Below, in pieces: positions 45,073 through 55,576 of a stretch of 64,000 bases of DNA. Under the pieces are notes generated by a model, which had not been told where the DNA came from, ran no database searches, and was given only the letters and a program-made list of their open reading frames with translations. The DNA is from Candidatus Tayloriibacteriota bacterium (GTDB taxonomy: Bacteria > Patescibacteriota > Minisyncoccia > Phycocordibacterales > PALSA-1337): the NCBI GenBank assembly GCA_903857825.1, contig CAIOGI010000010.1:46542-110541 (forward strand), written 5' to 3'. The position numbers were made by a program, and so were the translations under genes. Positions within the stretch are counted from its first letter, which is position 1. Each line of letters begins with the position of its first letter.

Positions 45073-47886
45073 TTATACACCTATCGGCTTACTTCCACTT
45101 TTAGGTTTCATTCCATTTTTTGGTAAAGTAAAGTAGAAAGTCGTACCTTTATTTTCTATAGACTCAAACCATATTTTACCACCACTCGATTTCTCAATAA
45201 TTGATTTGATAATATATAAACCTAGACCAGTACCAGAAGTATCATTTGCTTTCGCATTATCAGCACGGAAAAGCTTTGTGAAGATCTCTCCTTGTTGACT
45301 TTGTGGTATACCATAACCATTATCAGATACAGAGACTAGTAAATCATCTTTTACTATTTTTATTTCTAATACAATACTTCCACCTTCATTTGTATACTTT
45401 AATGCATTGGTAAGTAAGTTTTGAAAAACCATCCTTATTAATTTACCATCTAAACTAATCTTCTCTAATCCTTTCTCATAGATAGCTTTAACCTTCATTT
45501 TCTTTTCAAGGATGATTGGTTTAAGTTCATTCAATACACTTTCTGAAATTTCAGTAATATCTGACATAGTAGGCTCCACTGCGAATGTACCTAATTCAAT
45601 TCTCGAGACATTTAATAATGATCCCACCAAATCAATCATATGCTTATTACCTATATATATTTCATCTATAAACTCTTTTTGTTTTTTATTTAATTTTCCA
45701 GCATCACCAGAAAGAAGCATTTCTGAATACCATCCGATGGTAGAAAGAGGTGTTCTAAGCTGATGAGAAGCAAGCGAAACGAATTCAGTCTTTGCTTTGT
45801 CAATATCCTTCTCAATCGTAACATCTCTAAACACCTCTATTGTTCCTATTATTTTACCGTTAAAAAGAAACGGGGTTACTGTAGAATTTATAGGGAATTT
45901 AGAACCATCCTTTCTACAATAGTAATGCGATTGACCACTAGGTGTTACGGTTTTTTCTCCTGTTGACAGAGCCATGATAACAGGACGACGAGATAGTGGT
46001 ATGTCTTGATTATTTTCATCTACTGTTCGAATAATATTTATAATTGGCTTATCTATAAGTTCTTCACTGGCATACCCCAGCATTTGCATTGTAGAATTAT
46101 TTGCAAATGCAATTATACCATCTTGATTTGTTGTTATAACTCCATCTCCTATACCAGCCAATACAGCTTCATCTTTAGCTTTTTCTATAGTCAATTTTTG
46201 AGCCTGCTCTTGCATACTATTTAATACTTTTCTAATTTGATCTTCAGCTTCTATTCTTTCTGTTATGTCTCTTTCAATTGCCACAAAGTATATAACTTCA
46301 CCCTTATCATTTAAAACTGGAGAAATACTTATCATAGCTGTGTATGATTCACCATTTTTTCTCTTATTTTTTATCTCACTTATAAATGGCTTCTTGTCTA
46401 TTTTAATAGTATCCCAAAGCTTTTTGTAATACTCAACTGGCATCGGAAGTCTCCAAAGAACTGCAGCTTTTTTTCCAAGTGCCTCCTCGGGCTTGAAACC
46501 GGTAATTTTTTCTACTGTACTGTTTCCATAAATAACTATACCCTCTGGATCTGTTATGACTACTTGATCTGAAGCATTATCTACTGCCAGTTTAAATTTT
46601 TGCAAATCATTTGCTAAATTTTCTACATTTTTCTTCTCCTTTTGTATATCCTCAAGAACATTGAGCATGGCAATTTGCCTTCCATGAAGTTCCAAGGCCT
46701 TATTATTGATATCTTTTGTCTGTTCAGCTACTTTTGCATCGACTTCTTTCTTCGATTCTCTTACAGATATCATCATATCATTAAATGCCCTAGAGACGTC
46801 TGCAATTTCATCTTTAGTATCAATAATTAAGCTGTAATTTAAATTGCCATTTTTTATATTTTCAGCAGCTATTCTCAAATACTTTATTGAACGAGTAATC
46901 TTTTTTGACAAAAATAAGCCAATAACATAGTACATGAGTATCGCAATTAAAAAGATAATCGCAAATATTTTCAGCATATCAATTCTAAAGGACATCAAGT
47001 CAGCTTTGTCGGCTTTTGTAATCAAACACCAGCCAGTTTCTGGTATATATGCGTGAGTTGTTATTACATCTATATTTCTATAGTCTTTTGATTCTATAAT
47101 TTCGTTACTGCCAAGAAAATTATTTAATCCTGAATATCCATTTTCTTTTACATAATTCACTAACCTGTCACTGAAGCAATTCCTAGCATTTTCAGTATCA
47201 TTTTTTTCTTTTAGAATAACCTCATTACCCAAAAAGATTGATGGGGTAATAAAATATTTATCTTTATTTATTAAAAAATTCTCCTCAGTTCTTCCAAGCC
47301 CATTTTCATTCTTAACAATATTAAAAAAGTATTCTGGTGAATATACAAGTACAGATAATCCTATAAAATTGCCACTATCATCTTTAACTGGAGCTGAGAT
47401 TGCGAAGTTCAAATCTTTATTTGGCTCTGAATAATTCAAGTCTTTTATGTATACGCCGTTTTTTGCCTGCGTAAAGTACAAATCATTCGACTTGTCTAAA
47501 CCCTCATTTTCTGGATTTGATGAGGCTATTATCTTACCCTTCGAGTCAATAATCATCGACTCAATAATTTGTTTTTGAATTTGTGTATTACTTATCAGAC
47601 GTTTGGTTGCTTTTTGCTTTATCTCCGAATACAGCTTGCTAGTTGTAGACTCTTTTAACAGCTCTCTATACACAACACCGACAGAAAGGATCTCAGCGGT
47701 TTTTATTTGTTCCTGTATAAAGGTTCTTATGTGCTCTGCTCTAGCTCTATTACTTGAACTTAGATACGAATCAATATTCTTTCTCACAAGATTTGTAGAA
47801 TATGAACTTAGAAATATAGCCAACAGAATCAAAATGACTATGAAGGTTGTTAAGTAGCTAAAATTAATTTTATTTCTAATTCTCAT
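45073..47886 (-). CDS. sensor histidine kinase (Cache-HAMP-PAS-PAS-HisKA-HATPase)
   Basis: H-box ASHQLRTPL, N-box NLLTNALKYT, DNGYGI, GTGLGL; two PAS domains; HAMP DEIADV. Confidence 0.95.
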   Translation of the reverse strand: MRIRNKINFSYLTTFIVILILLAIFLSSYSTNLVRKNIDSYLSSSNRARAEHIRTFIQEQIKTAEILSVGVVYRELLKESTTSKLYSEIKQKATKRLISNTQIQKQIIESMIIDSKGKIIASSNPENEGLDKSNDLYFTQAKNGVYIKDLNYSEPNKDLNFAISAPVKDDSGNFIGLSVLVYSPEYFFNIVKNENGLGRTEENFLINKDKYFITPSIFLGNEVILKEKNDTENARNCFSDRLVNYVKENGYSGLNNFLGSNEIIESKDYRNIDVITTHAYIPETGWCLITKADKADLMSFRIDMLKIFAIIFLIAILMYYVIGLFLSKKITRSIKYLRIAAENIKNGNLNYSLIIDTKDEIADVSRAFNDMMISVRESKKEVDAKVAEQTKDINNKALELHGRQIAMLNVLEDIQKEKKNVENLANDLQKFKLAVDNASDQVVITDPEGIVIYGNSTVEKITGFKPEEALGKKAAVLWRLPMPVEYYKKLWDTIKIDKKPFISEIKNKRKNGESYTAMISISPVLNDKGEVIYFVAIERDITERIEAEDQIRKVLNSMQEQAQKLTIEKAKDEAVLAGIGDGVITTNQDGIIAFANNSTMQMLGYASEELIDKPIINIIRTVDENNQDIPLSRRPVIMALSTGEKTVTPSGQSHYYCRKDGSKFPINSTVTPFLFNGKIIGTIEVFRDVTIEKDIDKAKTEFVSLASHQLRTPLSTIGWYSEMLLSGDAGKLNKKQKEFIDEIYIGNKHMIDLVGSLLNVSRIELGTFAVEPTMSDITEISESVLNELKPIILEKKMKVKAIYEKGLEKISLDGKLIRMVFQNLLTNALKYTNEGGSIVLEIKIVKDDLLVSVSDNGYGIPQSQQGEIFTKLFRADNAKANDTSGTGLGLYIIKSIIEKSSGGKIWFESIENKGTTFYFTLPKNGMKPKSGSKPIGV

Positions 47887-49202
47887 AGAGCTTTCTTTGA
47901 TGACTTTAATTCTTCAATCTCCTTCTTTAGTTTTATCATTTCCAACTCTCTTCCAACCATGAGTTTGTTGGTACGCTCAGATTCAGATAAATTATTTTTT
48001 AATTCAATCTCCTTTTTACTTAATTCTTCAGTTCTTTCTCTAACCTTATTGTCAAGATTATTATAAAGATCAGCCAATTTACTTGCCATTATATTAAATG
48101 ATCCAGCAAGTTCTGAGAATTCATCATTCTGACCAACATCAATCTTTTTATTGAAATTACCATCACTGATCTCTTTAGAAAAAACTTTTAACTTGTTTAG
48201 CGGACTAATAATCCTAGTAACAGTTTTGAATATAATCAAAATCATAGCTATAAGACCAATGAGAATGAGGACTATGAGCATTATGGTTATATTTATGACT
48301 GTACCTGTTATGCTTTCAATTCCTATTTCAGTTACCAAAAAAAACGGAAGATTGTTTATTCTAGAAACACTGATGATTTCATCCTCGCTTTCTTTTTCAT
48401 CATAAATCTTAATGGTTGTTGGTGCTTTATAATTACGCACAAGCTCCTGCGCCTCGGTATATTGAATGGGGAGTATTTCTTTTCCAAGATATTTATCCGT
48501 CTTAGATATTTTTTCTTTTTCTATATCTGATAATTCACCAAGACTCTTTAGAAATCTTTTTTCTTTATTAGAATAAATAATAACTCCATTTTCATCTGTA
48601 AGCATAACTGTACTTTCTTTTGCAGCCTCACTGTACATGAGAGAATTATTTATTTCCTTTACATCAACTTTGACAACCATTACACCCAGAACATCTTTAT
48701 TTTTGTTAATGACAGGATAGGAGAAATAATAGCCAAATTCATTTGTAGTTTTTCCAAGAAAATGATCTACGAAATGTTCGCCTTTAAGGCCTTTTTTGAA
48801 ATAATCTCTAAAAGAGTAGTTTTGACCACTCAGACGTGGATCTGTAGATATAAGAGTATTGCCCTCTTTATCTAATAAATATATTGATAAGTACTTTTTA
48901 TCATCAGAAGCATAATCAGAAAATATTCCAAGAAGTTCAGTTCTTTTTGCCTCTGTTTTGTTTAAAAGATATTCCAATACCCTTGTACGAGTTCCTAGCA
49001 TTTTCACAAATAGTTCATTATTTGTGAAAATCTGAGCAGACTCATGTGTCTGTTCTATGTTTAATTGTCCTATAGACTTTATTTTTTGTTCTATAAGTAC
49101 ATTATTCAAATAAAAATAAGTAGAAAAGCTAAAAATAATACAAAATAGTAAAGAAATTAATGATAATGATATTATAATCTTTTTTCTTATTGTATATTTC
49201 AT
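47883..49202 (-). CDS. Cache-HAMP membrane sensor without an output domain
   Basis: NYSFRDYF Cache motif, HAMP DEFSELAGSFN, ends in coiled coil GRELEMIKLKKEIEEL. Confidence 0.85.
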   Translation of the reverse strand: MKYTIRKKIIISLSLISLLFCIIFSFSTYFYLNNVLIEQKIKSIGQLNIEQTHESAQIFTNNELFVKMLGTRTRVLEYLLNKTEAKRTELLGIFSDYASDDKKYLSIYLLDKEGNTLISTDPRLSGQNYSFRDYFKKGLKGEHFVDHFLGKTTNEFGYYFSYPVINKNKDVLGVMVVKVDVKEINNSLMYSEAAKESTVMLTDENGVIIYSNKEKRFLKSLGELSDIEKEKISKTDKYLGKEILPIQYTEAQELVRNYKAPTTIKIYDEKESEDEIISVSRINNLPFFLVTEIGIESITGTVINITIMLIVLILIGLIAMILIIFKTVTRIISPLNKLKVFSKEISDGNFNKKIDVGQNDEFSELAGSFNIMASKLADLYNNLDNKVRERTEELSKKEIELKNNLSESERTNKLMVGRELEMIKLKKEIEELKSSKKAL

Positions 49203-49237
49203 TTTTTTAAATTAACTTTAACCATTATACCAAGATA

Positions 49238-49645
49238 TTAAATTTCTTGCCATGAAGATATAACCAGTGGATTGAATGAGCTCGTATTTATATTTAATTT
49301 CCTTATGACACCAGCAGATTCTCCGGATATAACTATACTTCTTGTGCCTCCACCTGTATTGATTATATTGTAATTACAAGAATCACCATCTAAAGTGATA
49401 TTATCAGTACCAGTATAATTGTTATTTTCTCTGATAGTTTCTAGAGCAACTTCAGCACACGCCATTGTCAAACTTTTTGCCTTGTTAGCATTTTTTGTAT
49501 CAGTACTTCCTTTTATTGACCAGAGACTACTGGTTGATAGTGTTAAGGCTAATGACAGTGCAACGGTTCCGATGATAATAACTATAAATAAAGTAGAAAA
49601 ACCTTTTTTGTTTATAAAGTTATTATATTTTTTAGTGTTAATCAT
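49238..49645 (-). CDS. PilX-like minor pilin
   Basis: KKG|FSTL prepilin site without E5; A..LTMACAE.AL; C-terminal SWQE. Confidence 0.75.
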   Translation of the reverse strand: MINTKKYNNFINKKGFSTLFIVIIIGTVALSLALTLSTSSLWSIKGSTDTKNANKAKSLTMACAEVALETIRENNNYTGTDNITLDGDSCNYNIINTGGGTRSIVISGESAGVIRKLNINTSSFNPLVISSWQEI

Positions 49646-49660
49646 ATATAAATTTGTATA

Positions 49661-50176
49661 TTATTTTCTCAATCCCCCACTACCGAAGAAAGTAAAGGAG
49701 TAAGCTCCTCCAGGACTAGTAGTTGTCGATATGCTAGAAAGTTTAAAGGAAATTTTAATAATATTTGGAGTACTAGGTCGTGATAAGTTTGAAAATATTA
49801 AATCACTAGCTATAACCTTGTTATTAGTTAAAGCAATCTCTGCTCCAGATCCTTCTTTCATATAAATAACTCCGTTGTTTTCAGAAAATATGGTTGGATT
49901 TTTAATTGATGTATATGTTACTAAATTTAAATTTAATGCTGTATTCCCTATTGTAGGACTATTTACCTGACTTGCATTACGTAATGTCTGAGTAATAGTC
50001 TTCATTACTCTCGCACCTTGATCATTTACTTCAAGTACTATTTGATTGTGCAATCTCGAAGAGGATAAACTACTCATAAAAGTAGTAACCGAAAGTATGA
50101 AGATAGAAAATATGCTTATATATATAAGTGTTTCAACTAAACTAATTCCTTTTTTGAATTCAAATGTTTTAAACAT
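49661..50176 (-). CDS. PilW/PulJ-like minor pilin
   Basis: KKG|ISLVE class III signal peptide. Confidence 0.85.
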   Translation of the reverse strand: MFKTFEFKKGISLVETLIYISIFSIFILSVTTFMSSLSSSRLHNQIVLEVNDQGARVMKTITQTLRNASQVNSPTIGNTALNLNLVTYTSIKNPTIFSENNGVIYMKEGSGAEIALTNNKVIASDLIFSNLSRPSTPNIIKISFKLSSISTTTSPGGAYSFTFFGSGGLRK

Positions 50177-50186
50177 ACATTTTCAA

Positions 50187-52328
50187 TTATTGTGGCCTTA
50201 GATTAACACCGAATGCGTGTTTTACAGTAGTTCCACTCGTACCTATACTATCAATATCACCTATCACACCAGTATTTGAAATAAACTTTCTATATCCTGC
50301 CCTTGAAAAGTCAGAACTAGTATTTCCATGGTCATAGTCCTCGGTCCAGCCGCCAGACTGCGTAAGCGGTGCAGCAAATGTTCTAACTGTTGTTGTATAC
50401 ATACTCGGGAACATCAAAACAGTTGAACTTGCAAACGATGCATTTATCGAAGCTGCTCTATATGTTGTATTATTTGCTACATACTCTACATTTGTTGATG
50501 TCGCAATTGGATTTGCTGTGTTGAAGCATCCTCTATATGCAGATATTGTCACTGCTAATTTTGAACTTGAAGTCAGACCAAATGTATAATTTGAACCCTC
50601 TCCAGCCTGAGCAACTTTATAATACAAAGCTTGATTATTTACATTATTTTTATGACGTCCTATTAATGTCCAACCTGCTGGTATAGTAGAAAGTCGGTCA
50701 GAAGAATTTGAATGCAGAATATGAGCAAACATAATATCATTGGTTGTGACACCTGTAGGTTTATTAACAATTGCTGATGTGGCTCCAGATGAATCAAATA
50801 ACGTAGGTGTACCAACCAAAGCTGAGGCAACCGAACATGATGGGGCTACTATTTGTTCATTTGTAATTAAACAGCTTTTAGAACTTCCAGCAATAAGCGT
50901 TACTGCGCCACTAGAATTACAATCCCCAGTAAATGTTCTTGTATAATTTGCATCATTTGCCTCAGAAACTGAATATGTGCCTGAGTCCATTAATGTTGAT
51001 GCTGCTAGAGTAACTGTAGTCGTTCCATTTGCATTTCCAACTCTAAACGGAGCAAAGTCAGAAGCAACTTTTGTACCTCCATGATTTATAACAGTTTTGT
51101 TTACCGTGATGTATGCTGGTTTTTCTTCATTAATTAATGTGCAGTATTTTGTCGCTCCAGATGTTAAAACCACCGTACTTGTCGCATTACAATCACCACT
51201 AAAACTGAGTGAGTAAAGTGTGCTTGTAGCTTCAGATACCACATGAGATCCAGAATCTAGTGTTGTGGTTGCGCCTAGTGTAACCGTATTTCCATCAATC
51301 TTATATGGAGCAAAGTCTGCTGCAACTTTTGAGCCTCCATGATTTATAACAGTTTTATTTAAAACAATTGAAGAAAGTTTCTCTTCGTTTGTTATAGTGC
51401 AGTTTTTTGTATTTCCTGCTGTCAGAGTTACCAGTCCACCAGAATCACAATCACCACTAAATGATCTATCGTATAGTGAATCATTTACTTCAGAAACTGT
51501 ATGTAGTCCTGAATTAAAAGTATTAAGCGCTCCAGAAATAACAGGGTTAGAATCAATCAGTAGTGTAAAATCAGAGGCGATTTTGGAAAGTCCATGATTA
51601 ATAACAGATTTAGTGACCACAATTTTAGATGGTTTTTCTTCATTTGTTATAGTACATGAGTTTGTTGTACTTGCGACTAGATTGATGTCACCATTTGTAT
51701 CACAATCACCACTAAACGTAGTTGTGTAACTCGCATCGTTTGATTCAGAGATACTATATACACCTGGTGGGAATTCATTGGCAATACCGATATTTACTGT
51801 CGTTGTACCTACTTGATATGGAGCAAAGTCTGCTGCTACCTTAGAAGCTCCATGATTAATAACACTTTTGTTTACTGTTAACCCAGCATTTGTATTCAAA
51901 ATTGCACGCCAATTGGTTAGATATGTACTTAGCTTTAAAGTATTAGTCGCAGATATTTGATCTGCCCAGTTTATAGTCACATCAACTCTTTTTTGATTAT
52001 CATTTATTGTAGTAATATTCAATGTCCTGCTAAAAATATCACTTAGATCAGAAACTCCAGAAAAGCTCCACTGATTAGTCGATGTAGATAGTCCGTATGT
52101 ACCGTCAATTAGATTGTTAAAATTTTCATCTCTTATATTTCTAGATGCCTCTATCGCTTCTTCTGCAAGTACCGCTGCCCTTTGTTTGTTTGCAGAGTTT
52201 CTGACCTCCTTACTTACATTACCTGTAACATTTGTAGTAGCTATAATAAATACAAGAAAAATAGAGACCGATACTAGTAATTCTACCAGTGAAAAACCTT
52301 TTTTAATATGTAACAGTTCCTTTTTCAT
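50187..52328 (-). CDS. large PilV-like pilin with four Cys-containing repeats and a C-terminal beta domain
   Basis: KKG|FSLVE; A..LAEEAIEA.R; 4x (V.K.VINHG...FSGDC...C.I.NEE). Confidence 0.85.
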   Translation of the reverse strand: MKKELLHIKKGFSLVELLVSVSIFLVFIIATTNVTGNVSKEVRNSANKQRAAVLAEEAIEASRNIRDENFNNLIDGTYGLSTSTNQWSFSGVSDLSDIFSRTLNITTINDNQKRVDVTINWADQISATNTLKLSTYLTNWRAILNTNAGLTVNKSVINHGASKVAADFAPYQVGTTTVNIGIANEFPPGVYSISESNDASYTTTFSGDCDTNGDINLVASTTNSCTITNEEKPSKIVVTKSVINHGLSKIASDFTLLIDSNPVISGALNTFNSGLHTVSEVNDSLYDRSFSGDCDSGGLVTLTAGNTKNCTITNEEKLSSIVLNKTVINHGGSKVAADFAPYKIDGNTVTLGATTTLDSGSHVVSEATSTLYSLSFSGDCNATSTVVLTSGATKYCTLINEEKPAYITVNKTVINHGGTKVASDFAPFRVGNANGTTTVTLAASTLMDSGTYSVSEANDANYTRTFTGDCNSSGAVTLIAGSSKSCLITNEQIVAPSCSVASALVGTPTLFDSSGATSAIVNKPTGVTTNDIMFAHILHSNSSDRLSTIPAGWTLIGRHKNNVNNQALYYKVAQAGEGSNYTFGLTSSSKLAVTISAYRGCFNTANPIATSTNVEYVANNTTYRAASINASFASSTVLMFPSMYTTTVRTFAAPLTQSGGWTEDYDHGNTSSDFSRAGYRKFISNTGVIGDIDSIGTSGTTVKHAFGVNLRPQ
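50853..51881 (-). repeat. four ~85-aa tandem intragenic repeats
   Basis: Repeated K.VINHG.SKVA.DF and F(S/T)GDC...C.I.NE motifs. Confidence 0.85.
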
Positions 52329-52764
52329 TTATATTAATATTTTTACTACCATATTCATTTGTAAGGGTCATTGTACCTGTCATACTTGTTTCTCCATTTA
52401 GCTTTTCAAATACAATTTCAGAAAGACCGCCGTTACTCATATTACCAGAGAAACTTAATGATTGTTCGAAATCCAAATCTCTACTATCGTAACTATCACC
52501 CTTAAAAACCAAAACCTTATCTGCAAACACTTTTACCCCCCATTTCGAATCAAATTTTCCAGACTCTGCACTTGCTTGTGCAAAACGTATTGCTTCCACC
52601 AAACCATTGGTGGCCAATTCTAAATTTGTATGTGACTTATAATTATAATATGAAGCAGTAGATATACTTGCGACAATAGCAAAAATACCAATAACAATTA
52701 GTACTTCCAAAAGAGAAAAACCCTTTTTATGAGATTTGTTCTGATAAACCATATATTGGTCCAA
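52303..52764 (-). CDS. FimT/PulH-like minor pilin
   Basis: KKG|FSLLE; WGVKVF; IVFEKLNG. Confidence 0.85.
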   Translation of the reverse strand: MDQYMVYQNKSHKKGFSLLEVLIVIGIFAIVASISTASYYNYKSHTNLELATNGLVEAIRFAQASAESGKFDSKWGVKVFADKVLVFKGDSYDSRDLDFEQSLSFSGNMSNGGLSEIVFEKLNGETSMTGTMTLTNEYGSKNININEKGTVTY

Positions 52765-53869
52765 TTACTGCTAATACAATAAATCCTACAACTATTCCCA
52801 CAACTATTAATATTATTGGTTCAAGGACCGTCGCCAAGTCTCTAGACATGGCTTCAGTTTTTTCTTCAAAGATCACGCCAACCTTTATGGATGTTTCGGA
52901 CAAGCGACCTGATTTTTCTGCAGAAAGAATTAATTGTTGAATAGGTATCGGAACAAATCTCTCAGGCTTGTGATAGCTTGCTAAGGCAAGTTTAAATGAA
53001 TCACCATTCAATATAGATTCTTGTAAATGATTATAAAACTTTCTATATTGTGCATACGTTGTTCCTTTCTTCACTGATTCGAGGGCTTCATTTACTTGAA
53101 ATCCTGCTTGGAGTAATACTCCGAAAATATAGCCAAATCTTGCAAGCTCAACTCCTTGTATAAGATTTTTGACTCCTGGTATAGAAAATAGTATATAATC
53201 GCCGATAAATTTGGTTTTTTTAAATACAAAAACTAAATACACTAAAACAAATAAACCTACAATCACAGCAGGTACAGCCACAACTCCATAAACAGTAAGG
53301 AAATTACCAATCCAAAGCAAAATTCTTGTTGATACTGGCAATGTACCACTAGATGCTTGGAACATGGAAACCAGTCTTGGTAATACTACCCAGGAGCTTA
53401 CAACTCCCACAACAAATGCAAGTATCAATACTATGCCAGGATATAGAAGTGCAGAACGTAATCTAGAATTAAACATCTTTTCTTTGTGTTGCTGAAGGGT
53501 AACTAGATTTAGATGTTCAGGCAATCTACCTCCTTCTTCACCAGATCTTATGAGAGAAACAACTCTCTCAGAAAGAAAATTTGTCGCTTCAAAAGCTTTC
53601 CATAATGGTATCCCGTCATTTACCATATTTTCAATAGCTAATGTAGTTTTTTTCAAGGCTCTTCCTTTTATAGAAAGATTTAATGCTGAAAGTGCATTTG
53701 AAATACCCATACCAGAAGCTACGAGCAAACTAAGATTTTCAATAAAATAATCCTGTTCATCTCCAAATCCAATACTGATATATGGCCAGTCTGGTCTATA
53801 CTCAAAAACTGGCCTACTAAAACCTTTTTTTTCAAATGACTCTCTTAATTCAATCTTTCTATTTTGCAT
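52727..53869 (-). CDS. pilC: PilC/GspF platform protein
   Basis: LSLLVASG, SGEEGGRL, ALLYP, AEKSGRL, LEPIIL. Confidence 0.9.
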   Translation of the reverse strand: MQNRKIELRESFEKKGFSRPVFEYRPDWPYISIGFGDEQDYFIENLSLLVASGMGISNALSALNLSIKGRALKKTTLAIENMVNDGIPLWKAFEATNFLSERVVSLIRSGEEGGRLPEHLNLVTLQQHKEKMFNSRLRSALLYPGIVLILAFVVGVVSSWVVLPRLVSMFQASSGTLPVSTRILLWIGNFLTVYGVVAVPAVIVGLFVLVYLVFVFKKTKFIGDYILFSIPGVKNLIQGVELARFGYIFGVLLQAGFQVNEALESVKKGTTYAQYRKFYNHLQESILNGDSFKLALASYHKPERFVPIPIQQLILSAEKSGRLSETSIKVGVIFEEKTEAMSRDLATVLEPIILIVVGIVVGFIVLAVIGPIYGLSEQIS

Positions 53870-53896
53870 AATATTATTAAAATTAACGCATTAGAA

Positions 53897-55546
53897 TTAT
53901 TGAGGAACTACTACTCTCAAGAGTTCTTCAATTGTAGTTACTCCTTCCTTAATTTTATCTACCCCATCTTCAAACATTGTTTTAAATCCCTGACTTCTAA
54001 CAAGGGTGTATACGTCTTTTGTTGAAGGACTCTTACCGATCAAATCTTGTAATTCTGGAGATGTTTTCAAAAACTCAAATACTCCTATACGCCCCTTAAA
54101 GCCTGTATGTGAGCAAGAATCACATCCCTTTCCTTTATAAAAGTTAAATGTCTTGCCAACAAAATATTTACTTACCTCTGGTCCAAATTTACTGATTTTG
54201 CTTTGTGTATATGACTGACTAACCTTGCAAGAATCACATATTTTTCTAACCAATCTTTGTGCTATCAATAATTCTATTGTAGAACCCGCTAGAAATGGTT
54301 CAATTCCCATATCAATAAATCTTGGTATTGCTGCTGTGGCATTATTGGCATGAAAAGTAGACAAAAGTAGGTGCCCAGTAAGCGCTGCATTTACAGCTAT
54401 ATCTGCAGTTTCAAGATCTCGAATTTCACCTACGAATATTGTATTTGGATCCTGTCTGGTAATAGCTCTCAGACCTTTTGCAAAAGTAAGATTTGTTTGT
54501 TGATTTACTTGAATCTGATTTATACCTTGAATCTTATATTCAACTGGATCCTCGATCGTGGTAATGTTTGTTCTTTGGGTGTTAATAACTTTAATTATTG
54601 AGTAAAGGGTAGTTGTCTTTCCAGATCCAGTAGGACCGGTGACCAAAATCATTCCAAAAGGTTTCTTAGAGCTTACCTCGATCTGATCTTGTAGGCTTTT
54701 TGATAATCCAATGTCACTTAATGTTAGATCACGAACGTATGATGACAAGACGCGTATAGCGACTTTCTCTCCATCCAGCGTTGGGACAATTGATACTCGC
54801 AGATCAACTGGATGTGGATAGTTTTTTGAAATATAACGAATAGCTCCGTCTTGGGCACTAAAATGTTCATCTATGCGAAGTTTTGCCTGAACTTTTATAC
54901 GATTTACAATGTTTTCATAATATTCTTTTGGTAATTCACCAGCATCATGTAGTATTCCATCAATTCTAAAACGAATAGCAACTTTATTTTCTTGTGGTTC
55001 ACAGTGTATGTCTGAAGTTTTAAGCAATAAAGCATCTTCGAAAATCTGATCAAGTATTTCTGGTGCGACTCGCCCTTTTGACTCAATTATTTTTGAAAAT
55101 TTAGTTTTTAGTCCTTGTTGATAATTTACAAAAATAGAATCGATTTCATCAGACAATGCATAGGTGATTTTTATCTTTTTCCCAGGAAAAATAGGTGAAA
55201 GTCCCTCCACCAATGCCTTGTTTAAAGGATCATCAGTTGCTATCACTATTTCAGAATTTGTTTGAGAGAAAACAATAACACGAAGCTTTCTAGCGATTTC
55301 TTCAGGTATTAGCAATACCTGCTCTCTATTTGGTTGTTTTATACTTAAATCTGAATATTGAATTTTTAAAGATTCAGCAATTGCTTGACCAATAATATCT
55401 GTACTAGTAAGTCCTTCTAATAACAAATATTCTGTTGGCAACACTCTATGATCTTCAGCATAGTCTCTCGCTTTTTTAATATCTTCTTCAGTAATATAAT
55501 TTCCATCTAGTAGAATCTTTATTATTGTTTCTTGATCAAATTTCAT
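53897..55546 (-). CDS. pilB: PilB/GspE assembly ATPase
   Basis: GPTGSGKTTT, TIEDPVEY, RQDP..IFVGEIRD, TGHLLLST, CxxC zinc motifs. Confidence 0.93.
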   Translation of the reverse strand: MKFDQETIIKILLDGNYITEEDIKKARDYAEDHRVLPTEYLLLEGLTSTDIIGQAIAESLKIQYSDLSIKQPNREQVLLIPEEIARKLRVIVFSQTNSEIVIATDDPLNKALVEGLSPIFPGKKIKITYALSDEIDSIFVNYQQGLKTKFSKIIESKGRVAPEILDQIFEDALLLKTSDIHCEPQENKVAIRFRIDGILHDAGELPKEYYENIVNRIKVQAKLRIDEHFSAQDGAIRYISKNYPHPVDLRVSIVPTLDGEKVAIRVLSSYVRDLTLSDIGLSKSLQDQIEVSSKKPFGMILVTGPTGSGKTTTLYSIIKVINTQRTNITTIEDPVEYKIQGINQIQVNQQTNLTFAKGLRAITRQDPNTIFVGEIRDLETADIAVNAALTGHLLLSTFHANNATAAIPRFIDMGIEPFLAGSTIELLIAQRLVRKICDSCKVSQSYTQSKISKFGPEVSKYFVGKTFNFYKGKGCDSCSHTGFKGRIGVFEFLKTSPELQDLIGKSPSTKDVYTLVRSQGFKTMFEDGVDKIKEGVTTIEELLRVVVPQ

Positions 55547-55576
55547 AATATTTATTATATAAAAGAACTTTACTAA

